Positions 50,701-60,502 of a stretch of DNA of 64,000 nucleotides are shown here, one piece after another. The notes below the pieces were generated by a model. It searched no databases and was not told the origin of the DNA. It was given only the letters and a program-made list of their open reading frames with translations. Positions within the stretch are counted from its first letter, which is position 1. Every line of letters starts with the position of its first letter. The translations under genes and the position numbers were made by a program. The stretch is from the NCBI GenBank assembly GCA_963771355.1, contig CAVYTA010000006.1, positions 2,304,001-2,368,000 on the forward strand. Reading direction: 5' to 3'. This DNA is from an uncultured Candidatus Rokubacteria bacterium. GTDB taxonomy: Bacteria; Methylomirabilota; Methylomirabilia; Rokubacteriales; CSP1-6.

Positions 50701-51167
50701 GGAAAGCCCGGGGGCGGATACTCGGTCGAGCCCAGCATCCCGCGGGCCCGCTCGAAGTACCGCGCGAGATCGTTATTCGCCAACGCCTCATGAATCTCCG
50801 GGGGCCACTCCTTCGCCTCGAACACCGCCTTCTCCGGCTCCAGCGCCACGTTGGCATTGATCAGCGAGGTGCCGCCGAGCCCGCAGCCCACGAGGACGTT
50901 CATCTCGCGGTTCAGGCGGAAGTCGAACAGCGCGGTCGGCGAGAAGTAGTGGCGGCCGGGCAGGTCAACCTGGATCTCGGTCGCGGCCTTGGCGGCGGTG
51001 TCCGGATACTCACCCGGCCGGATCTCACGCCCCCGCTCGAGGACACAGACGCGCCACCCCGCCTCGGCAAGTCGGCAGGCCGCTATTGCGCCGCCGTAGC
51101 CGGAGCCCACGACGACCACGTCGTAGCGGTTCTTCATGTCCGCCACGCTGGACGAAAGGCGCGCCAT
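47697..51167 (-). CDS. GMC oxidoreductase (cholesterol-oxidase-like) fused to an alpha/beta hydrolase
   Basis: GSGYGG, GLGGTSLINAN, CQLCGDCVSGC, HPLGGC, GANPLLTI; C-terminal AHCVGS and YGHMD. Confidence 0.9.
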   Translation of the reverse strand: MARLSSSVADMKNRYDVVVVGSGYGGAIAACRLAEAGWRVCVLERGREIRPGEYPDTAAKAATEIQVDLPGRHYFSPTALFDFRLNREMNVLVGCGLGGTSLINANVALEPEKAVFEAKEWPPEIHEALANNDLARYFERARGMLGSTEYPPPGFPSLAKQLALERATAALGGKRGFNRPKINVSFKEGVNKFGVHQRACQLCGDCVSGCNYGAKNTVLMNYLPEAKRHGAEMFTEVSVRSVKREGPEWVVLFDLTGSGRQAFGAPPLSVRAGAVVLAAGTLGSTEILLRSQSKTLRFSDRLGQRFTGNGDVFALSYNGTEPIDGVGSGYRRPDLHHQVGPCITGLIDLRDGPLEEQIILEEGSIPGAISGVLPVLLGAASMLWGRPAAAPEGRTVFQQVTRWSRYLAGAYHGAVRRTQTLLAMAHDDAGGRLCLVDDRLRVEWPSLESEASQAALDRIHKKLAQVSHGLQATHINNPFRPITVHPLGGCCMGDSAATGVVNHEGRVFDGAPGGGFHPNLFVCDGSIIPRPLGANPLLTISALAERTCERILGQEYVETPGPALEAQAVPTFKPMFYERAKPGLEFAERMCGAFAWVKEGPTWPPARPVDGSGPWRAALRKPAKRHKLTMDLMIATEDVEAMVSDREHAGRIVGTIYAPVLSDQPLQVRDGVFHLFLLEPERVETRLLRYRMRVETAPDAAGGRATYFIEGDKIAQNRRRGRLWPELSTLYVTVASADGSRHGRGVLRLSMSDLLRQLRTMRARHAQGLGERLDVHVRFLGFFMGMLRVLYGRRLSRSVVSTLDAPPRPRRHIQPSPSVIPVTTSDGTVIHLTRYQGGNRGPVLLSPGFSVRASSFAADTVDENLVEHLVRAEYDVWLLDYRASSGFAAAGTDFSIDDIAVRDYPAAVQAILDRSPSPKIQIVAHCVGSMALLMSLLAGKLHEQLRSVVCSQLGLHPIAPKFAEFKAAVYVASVLRRFRVKSITAQYDPYSLSHRLWNQLLTLYPVRERCNNPTCRRILLLFGESFRHSKLNTATHDAMHEWFGTTSVPALAHLALILRSKHVVDKDGVNAYMPHLERLALPISFIHGRANREFLPRATRKTYKLLCDKNGEEWYSWRPIESYGHMDCFIGKRAAIDVFPIILEELEAGPRRRGRR

Positions 51168-51435
51168 GTGTGCGGGACCGTTCTCGAATTCGCGGATTCA
51201 GCTGCGCCAGAAGTCTAGGCGCACCCTCCGCGCCAGTCAATGGCTCGTCGACCTTGGGTTGACGGCGGCGGTGTGTCTCGCATAGCATTGCCCCTCACCC
51301 GGGGCGGCTCTTCCGACCCGAGAGGAGGCCGTCATGAGCGCTGTGCCATCGGGCTTCTGGGGCGGCTGGCGACGCTCCGAGTCGATTCAACCTCGTCTCC
51401 TACGGCGACCGCTTCCTGAGCAAGCCCCGGCGATC

Positions 51436-51885
51436 ATGGGACCGACTCGCAATCGTGAAGCATCTGGCGGTCCGGGCACAGTCGCTCGGGCCGCCGTGGT
51501 ACTCCTCGCCGCGGTGCTCCTCGGGGCCTGCGCTTCCTCGCCACCGCCGGCTCCGGCCACACCGGTGCCGATTACCGACTACAAGATGGTGGCCGGCAAG
51601 TGGGCGGGCCACGTCAAGGGGCTCGCCGGACCACGCGACGACGGAGACTGGATCGAGATGACCATCGGCGACAAGGGGGCGTACGAGTTCGGGATCGCCC
51701 GCACCATCGGAGTGCTCGCCGGGAAAGGGAACTTCACGCTCGCGGACGGGAAGCTCACCATGAAGGGAGAGCGAGGGCAGGCTACCTTCGCGCTCTTTCA
51801 GCGCGAGGGCGTCCGGTTCCTCCGCGGCACCGGCATGCTGCACACCGGCACCGCGCTGTCCGGAGATCTGACGTCAGTCCGCTAA
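51436..51885 (+). CDS. Hypothetical lipoprotein
   Basis: Hydrophobic stretch ending in lipobox LGAC, followed by a beta-rich domain; start uncertain. Confidence 0.7.
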   Translation: MGPTRNREASGGPGTVARAAVVLLAAVLLGACASSPPPAPATPVPITDYKMVAGKWAGHVKGLAGPRDDGDWIEMTIGDKGAYEFGIARTIGVLAGKGNFTLADGKLTMKGERGQATFALFQREGVRFLRGTGMLHTGTALSGDLTSVR

Positions 51886-52149
51886 GCGCCCAAAGACCCG
51901 AGGTGAAGAACGGTTTTCGGGGGCCCGCCGTGTCGGGGAGTACACCCTCACCCTCGACCGCTTCGTCCCCGTGGCGGACCTGAAGGTACGCGGTCTCGCC
52001 ATGCGGTATCGTCGCGCCGGGCTCGGCGCGCCCCTGGCCGCGTCGGTGAAGCCGCCGGAGCAGTCGCCTCGGGTCTCCAAGGTGACCGCCACCGGAGAGG
52101 TCTTCAACCTCAAGACCTATCGGGTTTCTCGGGCAACGAAGACCGCTGG

Positions 52150-52425
52150 TCCTCGCGGGGCGATGCCGACCCCGGTATCGCTGACCGAAACCGCGCCCGA
52201 CCCGTCTGTCTGCATCGCCTGAACGTCGGACCGGCCGCCGGCCGGCTCTACTGGTTTGATCTTTCGTTTGTCCCCTCGAATCCCGTGTACTCGCTCGGCC
52301 ACGTCGGCATTGAGGACGACCCCTGCGGTCCACCCCGCTCGCGCATCAGGGTGACCCCGTCATCTATCGCCTGCGCCAGGTCGAAGGTCGTCACCTCCAG
52401 CTCCATGCGGCCCGCCTCGATCTCG
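52150..52425 (-). pseudogene. Degraded fragment of a sensor histidine kinase (HATPase region)
   Basis: IEAGRMELEVTTFDL, IRGDKRKIK and VSVSDTGVGIAP in different frames, with deletions. Confidence 0.75.
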
Positions 52426-52470
52426 CGGCGGCCAAGCTCGCGCGCCATCAGTGGTTACTCCGACACGCTC

Positions 52471-53010
52471 TCAGTGGTCGTCGTGTCCGCGGTCGAGCTG
52501 TCCGCGTATCTCGCCACCCGTGAACCCGACGGTGTGCACGTTCACGTAGGCGGCGCCGGCGCGGATCGCGCGCAGGACCTCGGCCAATTCGCCAGGGGCG
52601 ATGCCCTGCGCCCCTGCCGTACCCACGGACACGACGTCGGCGGCCGTAAACGTTCCCGTGATCGTGGCCGGCGCGGCCGGGCAGAGTTGCGCGCCCACTG
52701 GGGCGTTGCCGAGATTCGTGCAAAGGAAGACCACAATACCGCCCGAGATGGCCGGCGCGCCGAAGTGGATGTGCGCTTGCGTCACCGCCGACAGGGTATC
52801 CCGATAGCTCAGCTCCCAGCTCACGAGCGTCCCGTCGTTTTCGATCTTGGCCTTGAAATCACCGGTCGCCGGCGTCGAGATCGTCAGTGGTGTCTCCTCG
52901 TATCCTGTCAGGTCGGTGTGAACCCTCTCCCCGATCGCCGCCGCTGGAGCGAGGAGCAACACCAGCACCGTCAAGAGTACGGTCAGCCCTGTCATCATTC
53001 TCCGCTTCAT
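52471..53010 (-). CDS. Secreted CHRD domain protein
   Basis: Signal peptide; LTGYEETP, QAHIHFG, YVNVHT, GEIRGQL. Confidence 0.92.
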   Translation of the reverse strand: MKRRMMTGLTVLLTVLVLLLAPAAAIGERVHTDLTGYEETPLTISTPATGDFKAKIENDGTLVSWELSYRDTLSAVTQAHIHFGAPAISGGIVVFLCTNLGNAPVGAQLCPAAPATITGTFTAADVVSVGTAGAQGIAPGELAEVLRAIRAGAAYVNVHTVGFTGGEIRGQLDRGHDDH

Positions 53011-53380
53011 CTCGCGCCTCCTTCAGGTTGTGGCCGGGATCCGTGGGCAAGGTCGCGGGGCAGTCCGCGACTCCGTGCCTTTGCGCGCTCGAACAAGGTC
53101 CACCTCCCTTCGTTCGGGCAGTAAGAGTGCGCTACAAACTTGCGGCGTGGCCCGGTGGTTCCAGAAATCCCGGTCCCTGGGGTGAGGGCTGAGGCAGCAG
53201 CGCCATTCCCCACTGGCCCGACCGGAATTGGGGGCAACATCGCGGCCGCTAGAACTGAGGGGGACGGGCGGCCGGTCGCTCGGCCCGGCCCGGCCTCCCA
53301 CCCCCACCAATGCTCGTGACCTTGCCGTCCGACCGAGGATGAGGATGGGCACCTTATGTCACGGTGACGGGGCCCACGGA

Positions 53381-53420
53381 CGGGGCCGTAGACCGCGCGC
53401 TGAGGGGCCATGGCTCTCAG
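53381..53420 (-). mobile_element. Second, shorter remnant of the IS91-like transposase start
   Basis: About 40 nt closely matching 20775-20816 (MAPQRAVY vs MALQRAVY). Confidence 0.55.
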
Positions 53421-53527
53421 GTGGGGTCGGGGCGCCGAACGGGACAATGCTGAGAGATTGATACACCGAACATAGTGGGGACGACGGCGGCCGGACCGCT
53501 GCCCGCGGTCTAGGTTCCGGAACGCTG

Positions 53528-53557
53528 GGGGAGGCGATCTCGGTAGGCAAGCCTCCC
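53528..53557. terminator. Inverted repeat downstream of the Ldh-family gene (terminator or REP-like)
   Basis: GGGAGGC...GCCTCCC 7-bp stem about 15 nt past the stop; no clear U-tract. Confidence 0.4.
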
Positions 53558-53571
53558 TACTCAATCGACCC

Positions 53572-54600
53572 CTACCCCGCCCCGAGCTCGGCGGCCAGCG
53601 TCTCGATCTGCCGCCAGGTCTCGTCCTCGATGGGGATGCCGTCGCGCCGGCGCTCGGCCTCGAGCCGCGCCTCCGGCTCGCCGGGAATGAGGATCTCGCC
53701 GCCGCCGGGCACGTGTGGCGCCGTCTTCACCCAGGCGAAGAAGGTGGCCACCTGCTCCCGGAATTCGGGGAGCGGGATGAAGCGCTCCACGTCGAGGCAG
53801 ATCATCAGGGTGCCGTTGGCGAACACGCCCGTGCCGGGGCTCGCCGCGCCGGTGCCCGAGAGAATGCCGCCGAGGAGCTCCACCGCGAGGGACAGGCCGT
53901 AGCCCTTGTGCTCGCCGGCGGTGAGGAGCGAGCCGGGCGGTGTCCCGTAGAAGACCTCGGGGTCGGTGCCGGGCCGGCCCTGGGCGTCGATGAACCAGCC
54001 GGGCGGCGCCTGCTGCTTCCGGTTCTTCTTCACGCGCATCTTGCCCTCGGCCACCACGCTGGTCGCGAAGTCGAGCACCATGGCGGGCCCGCCGTCGCCG
54101 GGGACGGCGATCGCGTGGGGATTGGTGCCGAGCCGCCGCGCCGCCCCGCCCCAGGGCGCCACGTTCAAGCCGAACACCGCGTTGACCCAGAGCATGCCGA
54201 CCAGACCTTCCGCGGCCGCCATCTCCGCGTAGTCGGCAAGCCGGCCCACATGCGTCGTATTGGCCAGCGTCACCGCCGAGAGCCCGTTCGCCTTGGCCTT
54301 CGCGATGGCCATCTCCATGCCGCGCCGGGCCACCACCTGGCCGAACCCGCGGCCGCCGTCGAGCCGCGCGATCACCGGCGTCTCCGCGATCACGGTGATG
54401 GGGCTCTTCGGGTTCACGTGGCCGGTGCGGATGGCACCCGCGTACTGCGGGATGCGGATGGCCCCATGCGAGTCGTGGCCGCGCAGGTTGGCGCGCACGA
54501 GCAAGGTGGCGACGCCGCGCGCGTCCGCCTCGGGCGTGCCCAGCGCGGTGAAGATACGGGTGGCGAGGGTCTCGAGCTTGTCGGATTGGATATTCGGCAT
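53572..54600 (-). CDS. Ldh_2 family oxidoreductase (type 2 malate/L-lactate dehydrogenase)
   Basis: GHDSHG, HVGRLADY, LGTNP, DFATS, HKGYGL, IPGEPE. Confidence 0.93.
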   Translation of the reverse strand: MPNIQSDKLETLATRIFTALGTPEADARGVATLLVRANLRGHDSHGAIRIPQYAGAIRTGHVNPKSPITVIAETPVIARLDGGRGFGQVVARRGMEMAIAKAKANGLSAVTLANTTHVGRLADYAEMAAAEGLVGMLWVNAVFGLNVAPWGGAARRLGTNPHAIAVPGDGGPAMVLDFATSVVAEGKMRVKKNRKQQAPPGWFIDAQGRPGTDPEVFYGTPPGSLLTAGEHKGYGLSLAVELLGGILSGTGAASPGTGVFANGTLMICLDVERFIPLPEFREQVATFFAWVKTAPHVPGGGEILIPGEPEARLEAERRRDGIPIEDETWRQIETLAAELGAG

Positions 54601-54604
54601 GGCG

Positions 54605-55603
54605 TCAGGATACCGGAAGCCGGAGGAACTTCGCCGCGGTTTCCCCTTCGATGAGTCCGCGCGTGACCGGGTCCAGCCCGGCGGCGCCGAGCGATGCCAG
54701 CGGATCCGTATCTCCCATGTCGAAGGGGTAGTCGCTGCCGATCATCACGCGATCGGCGCCCAGCTCATCGATGATGAAGCGCAGGTTGCGCGGGGACAGC
54801 GTGAGCGAGTCCACGAAGATCTTCCGCGCGTACTCGCGCGGCTCCTTGGGGATGGCCGCCGGCCCCTCCGGCCGGACGTGCCAGCCGTGGTTGAGGCGGG
54901 CGAGCGTGAAGGGAAAGGCGCCGCCCCCATGCGCGAAAGCGATGCGAAGCTCCGGCAGCCGCTCGAGCACGCCGCCGAAGATCAGCTTGGACACGGCGAG
55001 CGCCGTCTCGAGCGGATTGCCGACGATGAGCGGGAAGTAGTACTTCGTGAGCCGCTCCTGCCCCGCGAGCGGAGTGGCGGGGTGGACGAACACCGCCATC
55101 CCGAGGTCGCGGCACGCGGCGAAGAACGGAAACAGCGCGGGGTCGTCGAAGTCGCGTCCGCCCGGGCAGGTGCCGATCTCGACCGCGCCGAGCCGGAGGC
55201 TCTCGCGGCAGTAGCGCAGCTCTTCGATGGCGAGCGCGGGGTCCTGGAGCGGCACCGCCGCCATCCCGCTGAAGCGCTTCGGATGCCGCGCGACGAGCGT
55301 GGCCACGTTCTCGTTCTGCATCCGGGCGAAGGCCTGGGCGGCCTTGGGCTCGGCCCAGTAGCAGAACATCACCGGCGGCGGCGAGAGCGCCTGGTGGTCG
55401 ATCCCGAGACGGTCCATGTCCTCGATCCGCCGCTCGGGGCTCCAGGACCGGTCGTCGATGTCGCGGAAGAACTGGTCGCCCGTCATGATGGTGGCGCGAC
55501 AGGCATCGCGGGGATCGAGCCGCGGCCACTTGCCGCCGCCGTAGCGCGCGGCAAAATCCTCCCAGCGCGCCGGGACGAGGTGGGTGTGGAGGTCGATGCG
55601 CAC
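54605..55603 (-). CDS. Amidohydrolase_2, ACMS decarboxylase-like
   Basis: DLHTH, FVHP, AHGGGAFP, GSDYPFDMG. Confidence 0.9.
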   Translation of the reverse strand: MRIDLHTHLVPARWEDFAARYGGGKWPRLDPRDACRATIMTGDQFFRDIDDRSWSPERRIEDMDRLGIDHQALSPPPVMFCYWAEPKAAQAFARMQNENVATLVARHPKRFSGMAAVPLQDPALAIEELRYCRESLRLGAVEIGTCPGGRDFDDPALFPFFAACRDLGMAVFVHPATPLAGQERLTKYYFPLIVGNPLETALAVSKLIFGGVLERLPELRIAFAHGGGAFPFTLARLNHGWHVRPEGPAAIPKEPREYARKIFVDSLTLSPRNLRFIIDELGADRVMIGSDYPFDMGDTDPLASLGAAGLDPVTRGLIEGETAAKFLRLPVS

Positions 55604-56571
55604 TACTTGGCCTCGGTCTTGCCGATGAACTGGATGGTGGCGGCGATGCGCTGGGCGTCACGATCCCAGAAGGCCTTGAACTCGTCGGCGTCCTGATATG
55701 AGACGGGCGTCTTGGCCTTGTCCATGGAGGACTTGAACTCGGGATCCTCCACCGCCTTCCGGGTAGCATCGCGGAGCGTCTGGATCACATTGGCCGGCAC
55801 GCCCCTCGGCGCGAAGAGCCCGGTCCAGATGTAGTACTCGACGTCGTAGCCCAGCTCCTTGAGCGTCGGCACGTCCGGGAACGCGGCCAGCCGCGTCGCG
55901 CCCCACGTGGCGAGCGCCCGCATCTTGCCCGCCTCGATGTGCGGCGCGGCGAGCGCGGGCGGCGAGGCCCAGAGCTGGGCGTGGCCGCCGAGCACCGCGG
56001 TGGTCGCCGGCGCGCCGCCGGTGGTGGGCAGGTGGCGCATCTTGAGGCCCGCCGCCTGGAGGAACATCTCCAGCGGCAGGTGCGAGGCGCCGTAGGGCCC
56101 CGACGACGCGAAGGTGATCTCGCCGGGGCGCTTCTTCGCGTCGTCCACCAGCTCCTTGAGGGTCTTCCACGGTCCGTTCACGGCCAGGACGGGCGGATCG
56201 GCGTTGAGGCGGGCGATGCCCACGAACTGGTCGCGCGTGTACGTGGCGGGCCGGCCGAACAGCTTGTCCACCTCCGGCGTGGAGGAGATGCTGACCAGCG
56301 CGATGAGCAGGGTGTAGCCGTCCGGCTTGGCCACGGACGCGAACTGCGCCCCCACCGCGCCCGCCGCGCCCGCCTTGTTGACGACGACCACCGGCTGCTT
56401 GAGCAGGCGCTCGAAGGACGCCGCCAGCGGGCGGGCGGTGAGGTCGGCGATGCCGCCGGGCGGGAACGGGTTCACGATCGAGATGGGTCGGCTCGGGTAC
56501 GGCTCCTGGGCGGAGGCGCCCGTGACCAGCGCGGTAAGCGTGAAGACGATGATCGCCGCGATGCGCATCAT
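55603..56571 (-). CDS. Tripartite tricarboxylate transporter substrate-binding protein (Bug/TctC)
   Basis: YPSRPI, PFPPGG.AD, NKAGAAG, KPDGYTL, PDVPTLKELG. Confidence 0.93.
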   Translation of the reverse strand: MMRIAAIIVFTLTALVTGASAQEPYPSRPISIVNPFPPGGIADLTARPLAASFERLLKQPVVVVNKAGAAGAVGAQFASVAKPDGYTLLIALVSISSTPEVDKLFGRPATYTRDQFVGIARLNADPPVLAVNGPWKTLKELVDDAKKRPGEITFASSGPYGASHLPLEMFLQAAGLKMRHLPTTGGAPATTAVLGGHAQLWASPPALAAPHIEAGKMRALATWGATRLAAFPDVPTLKELGYDVEYYIWTGLFAPRGVPANVIQTLRDATRKAVEDPEFKSSMDKAKTPVSYQDADEFKAFWDRDAQRIAATIQFIGKTEAK

Positions 56572-56626
56572 GGTGGCCTCCTGTGGGTGAAGGGCTCGCG
56601 CAAAGGTACGCTAGAATGACGGAGAA

Positions 56627-56959
56627 ATGAAGCAGGAGCGCGAGTTCTTCGATCCGTCGTCCGTCCCCTGGCGCCCCGCCGCCGGCTACCCGGCCGGCGT
56701 CTGGGAGCAGGTGCTCGCGGGCGGCGAGGACGAGGGCGTGACCACGCGCTTCCTCCGCTTCGAGCCCGGCGCGGGCAATGACGCGGTCGTCACGCACGAC
56801 TTCTGGGAGGAGATCTACATCATCTCGGGCGCCTGCGAGGTCGGCGGCACGACGTATCGGGCGGGGATGGTGGCGGTACGCCCGCCCGGCATGCCGCACG
56901 GCCCCTTCCGCTCCGCCGGCGGCTGCGTGAACTTCGAGGTGCGCTACCGCGCGCGCTGA
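56627..56959 (+). CDS. Cupin domain protein (ChrR-like)
   Basis: HDFWEEIYIISG and RPPGMPHGPF cupin motifs. Confidence 0.88.
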   Translation: MKQEREFFDPSSVPWRPAAGYPAGVWEQVLAGGEDEGVTTRFLRFEPGAGNDAVVTHDFWEEIYIISGACEVGGTTYRAGMVAVRPPGMPHGPFRSAGGCVNFEVRYRAR

Positions 56960-57058
56960 CGCGAAGGCATATCGCGGACCAGATCTATCTTCACCCGCAC
57001 CCCCGGGAGCTGATGCTCCGCAACCACACCTAGCGCCCGGGGGGGCCTTCGGCGCACA

Positions 57059-60000
57059 ATGGACCGGATGGTCAGCGTCCTCGGCGACAAGCGCGTCGGC
57101 CGGCCCCGCAGGGACGTGGTGCCCTGGATCTACCTCGTCGCCTTCCTCGTCGGCACCGCCCTCGTGGTGGGCTTCATGTGGTACCACATCGGCAACGAGC
57201 GCCGCGTCGCCCTCGACCACTGGCGCGCGCGGCTGTCCACCTTCGCCGACGACCGCGCGCGCCTGGTGTCGAGCTGGCTGGAGGCGCGGCGGGCGGACGC
57301 GGAAGTGCTCGCGGGCTCCCCCGGCGTTCGCGCGGCGCTGTCGGGCGAGGGCGACGGCGGCGTGGCCGGGCAGCTCGAGCGCGTGGCGGCCGCGTATGGC
57401 TATCTCGCCATCGCCGTTGTCAACCCCGCCGGCCAGGTGGTCGCGTCGTCCCGCGCGAGCGAGGTGCCGGCGCTGGCGGCCGAGGCGGCGGCGGCGGCGA
57501 TACGCGCGGACGGGTTCCACGCCGACATCTCCGGCGGCGGCGCGGGGCCGCACCGGCTCATCTTCGCGGTGCCGGTGCGCCGGGACGCTACCCGCGACGG
57601 CAAGCCCCTCGGCGCGCTGGTGCTCACCATGGCCCCGGAGCGCAGCTTCTATGCGCTGCTCACCGACGAGACGGTGCCGACCCGCACCGGCGAGGTGCTC
57701 CTCTTCCGGATGGACGGCAAGGAGCTCAGCTATCTCTCGCCCTTCCGCGGCGCTCCCGCGGGCTGGTCGGCGCAGGCCCGCTCGCTGGACGAGCTGGCGG
57801 CCAAGATCCCGGTCGCGGTGGAGCGCAAGGATACCTTTGCCGAGCTCACCGACTACCGTGCAGCGCGGGTCTTCGCGGCGACGCGGTGGCTCCCCGGCCC
57901 CCGCTGGGGACTGGTGCTCAAGATCGACCGGGACGAGGTGCTCGAGGAGTTCCACCAGGCCGGCCGCCTCGCCGGGCTCGCCGCCACCCTCCTCATCGTG
58001 GCGGGCGGTCTCCTCCTCGCGGGGCTCTGGTACCAGCGCCGCGGCTCGCGGCTCCTGCGCGACCAGATCCGCCAGGAGCGCGCGATCTTCAACCTGAAGA
58101 GCTACGCGGAGAAGATCGTGGCCAGCGTGCCCTCGGGGCTCCTGGTGCTGGCGTCCGATCTCCGCATCCTGTCCGCGAACCGGTCCTTCCTCGAGTCGTT
58201 CTCCCTGCAGAACACCGAGGTGCTGGGGCGCCGGTTCGACGAGGTCATCCAGGCCGACGGCCTGCTCCTCCGCATCCGCGAGGTGCTCCAGTCCGGCGTC
58301 GCGCAGCACGACGTCCTCTTCGACCTGCACGTGACCTCGCGGCGCGAGTCGCGCCCGGCGCGCATCACCGTCACCAGCATCCGCATCGCGGAGGAGGAGG
58401 AGGCGCGGCTCCTCCTCACCATCCAGGACCTCTCCGAGGAGGAGCGGCTGCACGCCGCCCGGCGCGCCTCCGAGCAGCGCTTCCGCGACCTCGTCCAGGG
58501 GCTGGACGCCATCGTGTGGGAGGCGGACGCCCACACCCTCCGCTTCACCTTCGTCAGCCAGCGGGCGGAAGGCCTGCTGGGGTATCCGCCCGAGCACTGG
58601 CTCCGCGCGCCCGACTTCTTCGCGCAGCGCCTCCATGGCGAGGACCGCGAGCGCGCGCTGGAGGTCTGCCGCGCGGCGGTGGCGGCGGGAGCCGACCACG
58701 AGTTCGAGTACCGCTCGGTGGCCGCGGACGGCCGCGTGGTGTGGCTCCGCGACCTCGTCCACGTGCTGCTCGACAGCCAGGGGCGGCCGCGCCAGCTCCG
58801 CGGGCTCACCGTGGACCTCACCGAGCGCAAGCGCGCGGAGGCGGCGCTCCGCGCCAGCGAGGACCAGCTCCGCCAGGCGCAGAAAATGGAGGCGGTGGGC
58901 CAGCTCGCGGGCGGCATCGCGCACGATTTCAACAACCTGCTCATGGTCATCCAGGGCGACAGCGACCTGATCTGCCGCAAGATCCCCGAGGGGCATCCGA
59001 TCCGCCGCAACGTGGACGGGATCCGCGAGGCCGCTCATCAGGCGGCGACGCTCACGCGCCAGCTGCTCGCCTTCAGCCGCAAGCAGGTGATGGAGCCCAA
59101 GGTCATCGACCTCAACAACGTGGTGGCCGGGATGCAGGCCATGCTCCAGCGCCTGCTCACCGAGACCGTCCAGCTCGTCTTCGTGCCCACGCGCGACGTG
59201 GGCTCGGTCAAGGCGGACCCCGGCCAGCTCGAGCAGGTGGTCATGAACCTGGTGGTGAACGCGCGCGACGCCATGCCGGAGGGCGGCCGGGTCACCATGG
59301 AGACGAGCCGGGTGGAGCTGGACGAGACCGCGGTGCGCGGGCACGGTGAGGCGACGCCCGGGTCGTACGTCGCCCTCTCCGTCAGCGACACCGGCCACGG
59401 GATGGACGAGGCCACCCGCGCGCGCCTCTTCGAGCCCTTCTTCACCACCAAGGAGCCCGGCAAGGGCACCGGGCTGGGGCTCAGCACCGCGTACGGCATC
59501 GTCCGCCAGAGCGGGGGCCACATCTGGGTCTCCTCCGAGCCGGGCCAGGGCACCTCCTTCAAGATCTGCCTGCCCCTCGTCACCGAGAAGCCCGAGGGCG
59601 AGACGGCGGCGCCGGAGCCGGCGGGAGACACCGTTCGCGGCGCGGAGACCGTCCTCCTGGTGGAGGACGCGACGCGCGTCCGCGAAGTGGTGCGCGAGAT
59701 CCTGGAGATGAACGGGTACGCGGTGCTGGAGGCCCGGCACGGCGCCGAGGCGCTCGAGATCAGCGCCCGTCACGGGAGCCGCATCCACCTCATGGTGACC
59801 GACGTGGTCATGCCGCAGATGAGCGGGCGCGAGCTGGCGCAGCACCTGGCGGGCACGCGGCCGGACATGCGCGTGCTCTTCATGTCGGGCTACACGGACA
59901 ATGCGATCGTGCGCCACGGCGTGCTGGAGGCGGGCACCGCCTTCCTCTCCAAGCCCTTCACCCCCGATGCCCTCGCGGCGAAGGTGCGCGAGGTGCTGGA

Positions 60001-60094
60001 TGCGCCCCGTCCCGGCGGAGGCAGCCCGGGCGCGCCGGTGGGACGAGCCACCACTCATCTCGGCGCGGCCCGCTCCACGCCCCTCCGCCATTGA
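57059..60094 (+). CDS. Hybrid sensor histidine kinase/response regulator with Cache-like and two PAS domains
   Basis: Two TMs, PAS domains, GIAHDFNN H-box, [14 protein letters not shown], receiver TDVVMP. Confidence 0.94.
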   Translation: MDRMVSVLGDKRVGRPRRDVVPWIYLVAFLVGTALVVGFMWYHIGNERRVALDHWRARLSTFADDRARLVSSWLEARRADAEVLAGSPGVRAALSGEGDGGVAGQLERVAAAYGYLAIAVVNPAGQVVASSRASEVPALAAEAAAAAIRADGFHADISGGGAGPHRLIFAVPVRRDATRDGKPLGALVLTMAPERSFYALLTDETVPTRTGEVLLFRMDGKELSYLSPFRGAPAGWSAQARSLDELAAKIPVAVERKDTFAELTDYRAARVFAATRWLPGPRWGLVLKIDRDEVLEEFHQAGRLAGLAATLLIVAGGLLLAGLWYQRRGSRLLRDQIRQERAIFNLKSYAEKIVASVPSGLLVLASDLRILSANRSFLESFSLQNTEVLGRRFDEVIQADGLLLRIREVLQSGVAQHDVLFDLHVTSRRESRPARITVTSIRIAEEEEARLLLTIQDLSEEERLHAARRASEQRFRDLVQGLDAIVWEADAHTLRFTFVSQRAEGLLGYPPEHWLRAPDFFAQRLHGEDRERALEVCRAAVAAGADHEFEYRSVAADGRVVWLRDLVHVLLDSQGRPRQLRGLTVDLTERKRAEAALRASEDQLRQAQKMEAVGQLAGGIAHDFNNLLMVIQGDSDLICRKIPEGHPIRRNVDGIREAAHQAATLTRQLLAFSRKQVMEPKVIDLNNVVAGMQAMLQRLLTETVQLVFVPTRDVGSVKADPGQLEQVVMNLVVNARDAMPEGGRVTMETSRVELDETAVRGHGEATPGSYVALSVSDTGHGMDEATRARLFEPFFTTKEPGKGTGLGLSTAYGIVRQSGGHIWVSSEPGQGTSFKICLPLVTEKPEGETAAPEPAGDTVRGAETVLLVEDATRVREVVREILEMNGYAVLEARHGAEALEISARHGSRIHLMVTDVVMPQMSGRELAQHLAGTRPDMRVLFMSGYTDNAIVRHGVLEAGTAFLSKPFTPDALAAKVREVLDAPRPGGGSPGAPVGRATTHLGAARSTPLRH

Positions 60095-60095
60095 C

Positions 60096-60500
60096 ATGAC
60101 GCCCATCCGCGTCCTCATCGCCAAGGTCGGCCTCGACGGCCACGACCGCGGGGCCAAGGTGGTGGCGCGCGCGCTGCGGGACGCGGGCATGGACGTGATC
60201 TACACCGGCCTGCACCGGACGCCGGAAGAAGTGGTGGCCGCCGCCGTCCAGGAGGACGTGGACGTGCTGGGGATCAGCATCCTCTCCGGCGCGCACATGA
60301 CGCTCTTCCCGCGCGTGCGGGACCTGATGCGAACCGCCGGCGCGGACGACATCATCCTCGTGGGCGGCGGCGTCATCCCCGACGAGGACGTGGCCGCGCT
60401 CAAGGAGCTCGGCGTGGCCGAGGTCATCCTGCAGGACACGCCGCCCGACAGCATCGTCGAGCGGCTCCGCCAGCTCGTCGCCGAGCGCATCCCCCGCTAG
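60096..60500 (+). CDS. hcmB: Cobalamin-binding small subunit of acyl-CoA mutase
   Basis: [19 protein letters not shown]; in an operon with hcmA. Confidence 0.85.
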   Translation: MTPIRVLIAKVGLDGHDRGAKVVARALRDAGMDVIYTGLHRTPEEVVAAAVQEDVDVLGISILSGAHMTLFPRVRDLMRTAGADDIILVGGGVIPDEDVAALKELGVAEVILQDTPPDSIVERLRQLVAERIPR

Positions 60501-60502
60501 CC

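Noticed and set aside
55658..60190. 1510-aa minus-strand ORF and many other long overlapping ORFs (e.g. 1204..3336, 43496..46075)
   Set aside because: Shadow frames of real genes in high-GC DNA; Arg/Ala/Gly/Pro-rich with no motifs.
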